A stretch of DNA of 64,000 nt, taken from Dictyostelium discoideum (taxonomy: Eukaryota). Positions 62,412 through 64,000 of the stretch are shown in pieces. Every line of letters begins with the position of its first letter. Position 1 is the stretch's first letter. Location of the stretch: the NCBI GenBank assembly GCA_000004695.1, contig CM000153.2, positions 5,088,001 to 5,152,000 of the forward strand. The letters are read 5' to 3'. The position numbers and the translations under genes were made by a program. A model generated the notes under the pieces. The model did no database searches. It was not told the origin of the DNA and was given only the letters and a program-made list of their open reading frames with translations.

Positions 62412-64000
62412 TTATTTTCCTCTTAATTGATTCCTTCTATGTTTAAAAATGATAAACATTCCAATAAAGATGCAAACCAAATTGAAAACAAAACTTAAAA
62501 TAAAACATGTTCTAAAACAATGAGTTCCATGACACTTTTCTCCATCTACTGATAAACTATCATAAATCTTACTGCTAAATGTGCTAAAGGCAAGTGATGC
62601 TGATGCTGATGAAATTGCCAACTAAAGAAAAAAAAGTAAAATATTAATATTTTAATTTTAAAAATAAAAAAAAATAAAAAAACAAATAAAAAAATAAAAA
62701 AAAAAAAAGAGAGAGAGAAAAAGGAAAACTTACAAAACCGAAATTAATACCAAATCTTCTTGGACCAAATCTTAAACTTGTTAATGATACCATAATTGAA
62801 ACCATTCCACCATAACCAATTCCAGTAATTATAGTTGCTGGATAAAACAAAGCATCTAATTCAAATGAAATGATTAAATGAGTTAAAGAGAGTATAAAAC
62901 TAGATAGAACAACGCACCAGAATCTAGAATATTTTTTAGATCTATTAAATAAATAAAAAAATTTAAAAAAAATTAATTAATTATAATGTTAAATAAATAA
63001 TAGTAGTAAATAATTCCAAAAAATAAAATAAAATAAAAATAATACAAACATAAAATCAGATAATAAACCATTTCCAGCTCTACCTGTCAAATTACTACAT
63101 GCGAAAATAATAACAAGATCACTATAATATGTATATTAATTAATTAATAACAGTTTAATTTTTATTTTTTTTTTTATTTATTTACATGTAATTAGTTTTT
63201 ATTAACAAACATACCTATGAATTGAAGATGGTCTATTAAATGCTTGAGCCATAACTGCAATATTATTTAAAAACATTAAACTAGTACCTGCTGCAAAGAA
63301 ATAAATAATCCACATTAACCAAAATTCCCATTGCTTTAATAATTTTAAACCTGAAATATCTCTTCTACCTATAAACATTTAATAATTTATTATTTGTTAA
63401 TAATGAAAAGAGAGAGGAAAATAAAATAATAATAATAATAATTTTTTATTTACCATCTAAATAATTTGGATTTCTTTCTACATCTAAATCTGCACCTATA
63501 GCTGCAACCTCATCAAAATCTTCGATTTTGTTTAGTAATTTATAACTAGAAGAATCTAAACTATTATTATTATTAGTAATATTATTAATTAAAGTTTTTA
63601 ATTTACCTCCTTTTTTTTGCATATTAACATCACTACTATTTAAGTCACCACTACCCTTGTTATTATCACTACTACTACCACTACCACTACTAGAGGTACC
63701 ATTCTCCTCATCAATTCCAATGTTGCCACCATTTGTAATAGAATTACCACTTATTGTTAGATCTTCAGTACTTTGGTTGAATTGATCACTTAATTTTTGT
63801 TCTTTTTTATCAATTGAATTATCAAGTTGATCAGCATCATCACTATCACTTTGAATTTCTGGTTCTTCGACACCCTCAACCTTTACAACTCTAACAATAA
63901 ATGCTGAAATAAATGCAACAGAACTAAGGAGAATGGCTAAAAATAATAAATATCCTTCGACATCATTATTCTTTTTAAATGTTGATTTATAAATAATACC
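62412..64000 (-). CDS. Multi-exon major-facilitator-like (MFS/nodulin-like) transporter, 3' portion only. The gene continues beyond the window end. At least five exons.
   Basis: Seen in sequence (reverse strand): a large Ser/Asn-rich cytoplasmic loop runs 63440-63990 ('...ILLSSVAFISAFIVRVVKVEG...DSDDADQLD...'). Exons carry 'GRRDISGLKLLKQWEFWLMWIIYFFAAGTSLMFLNNIAVMAQAF' (about 63220-63370) and 'DLVIIFACSNLTGRAGNGLLSDF' (about 63040-63120). Another carries 'YSRFWCVVLSSFILSLTHLIISFELDALFYPATIITGIGYGGMVSIMVSLTSLRFGPRRFGINFGF', with a GTAAGT donor at about 62732. The terminal exon is 'LAISSASASLAFSTFSS...IFKHRRNQLRGK*'. The exons are separated by AT-rich GT..AG introns. Confidence 0.45.

Overview
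This window is AT-rich nuclear DNA (roughly 75-80% A+T) with the hallmarks of Dictyostelium discoideum or a close dictyostelid. Intergenic regions are long poly(A)/poly(T) tracts. Exons carry (AAT)n, (CAA)n and (ACA)n runs that encode poly-Asn, poly-Gln and poly-Thr. Introns are short, about 80-300 nt and over 90% AT, with GTAAGT/GTATGT/GTAAAT donors and AG acceptors. An FNIP-repeat locus, a Dictyostelium-specific family, is present. There are no rRNA, tRNA or CRISPR features. I count about 25 protein-coding loci. On the + strand, in order: an Abhydrolase_3 esterase; a Tpt1 tRNA 2'-phosphotransferase; a giant (~5,200 aa) three-exon HECT E3 ligase with SPRY, PH and CPH-like domains; two tandemly duplicated seven-exon LRR+EGF receptor-like genes; an N-rich orphan; a frameshifted and nonsense-mutated FNIP-repeat pseudogene; a Tim17/22/23-family membrane protein; an Rrp5-like protein with six S1 repeats only; a GT8 glycosyltransferase; a 1,673-aa ankyrin/LRR protein; an N-rich protein followed by a G-patch ORF; and a secreted Frizzled-type CRD protein. 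On the - strand: a ubiquitin-like protein; a three-exon ariadne-type RBR E3; a beta-helix membrane protein with Chlamydia polymorphic membrane protein (PMP)-like GGAI repeats; three tandem paralogs that fuse an HPD-less J-like domain to a divergent mitochondrial-carrier fold, one of them with an in-frame TGA; a small GC-biased three-exon gene that the ORF track misses; and a partial MFS-like transporter running off the 3' edge. The most unusual item is the tandem cluster of J-like-domain/mitochondrial-carrier fusion genes. Exon/intron boundaries were read by eye and may be off by 1-2 nt. In places my position counting disagreed with the supplied ORF track by one base.
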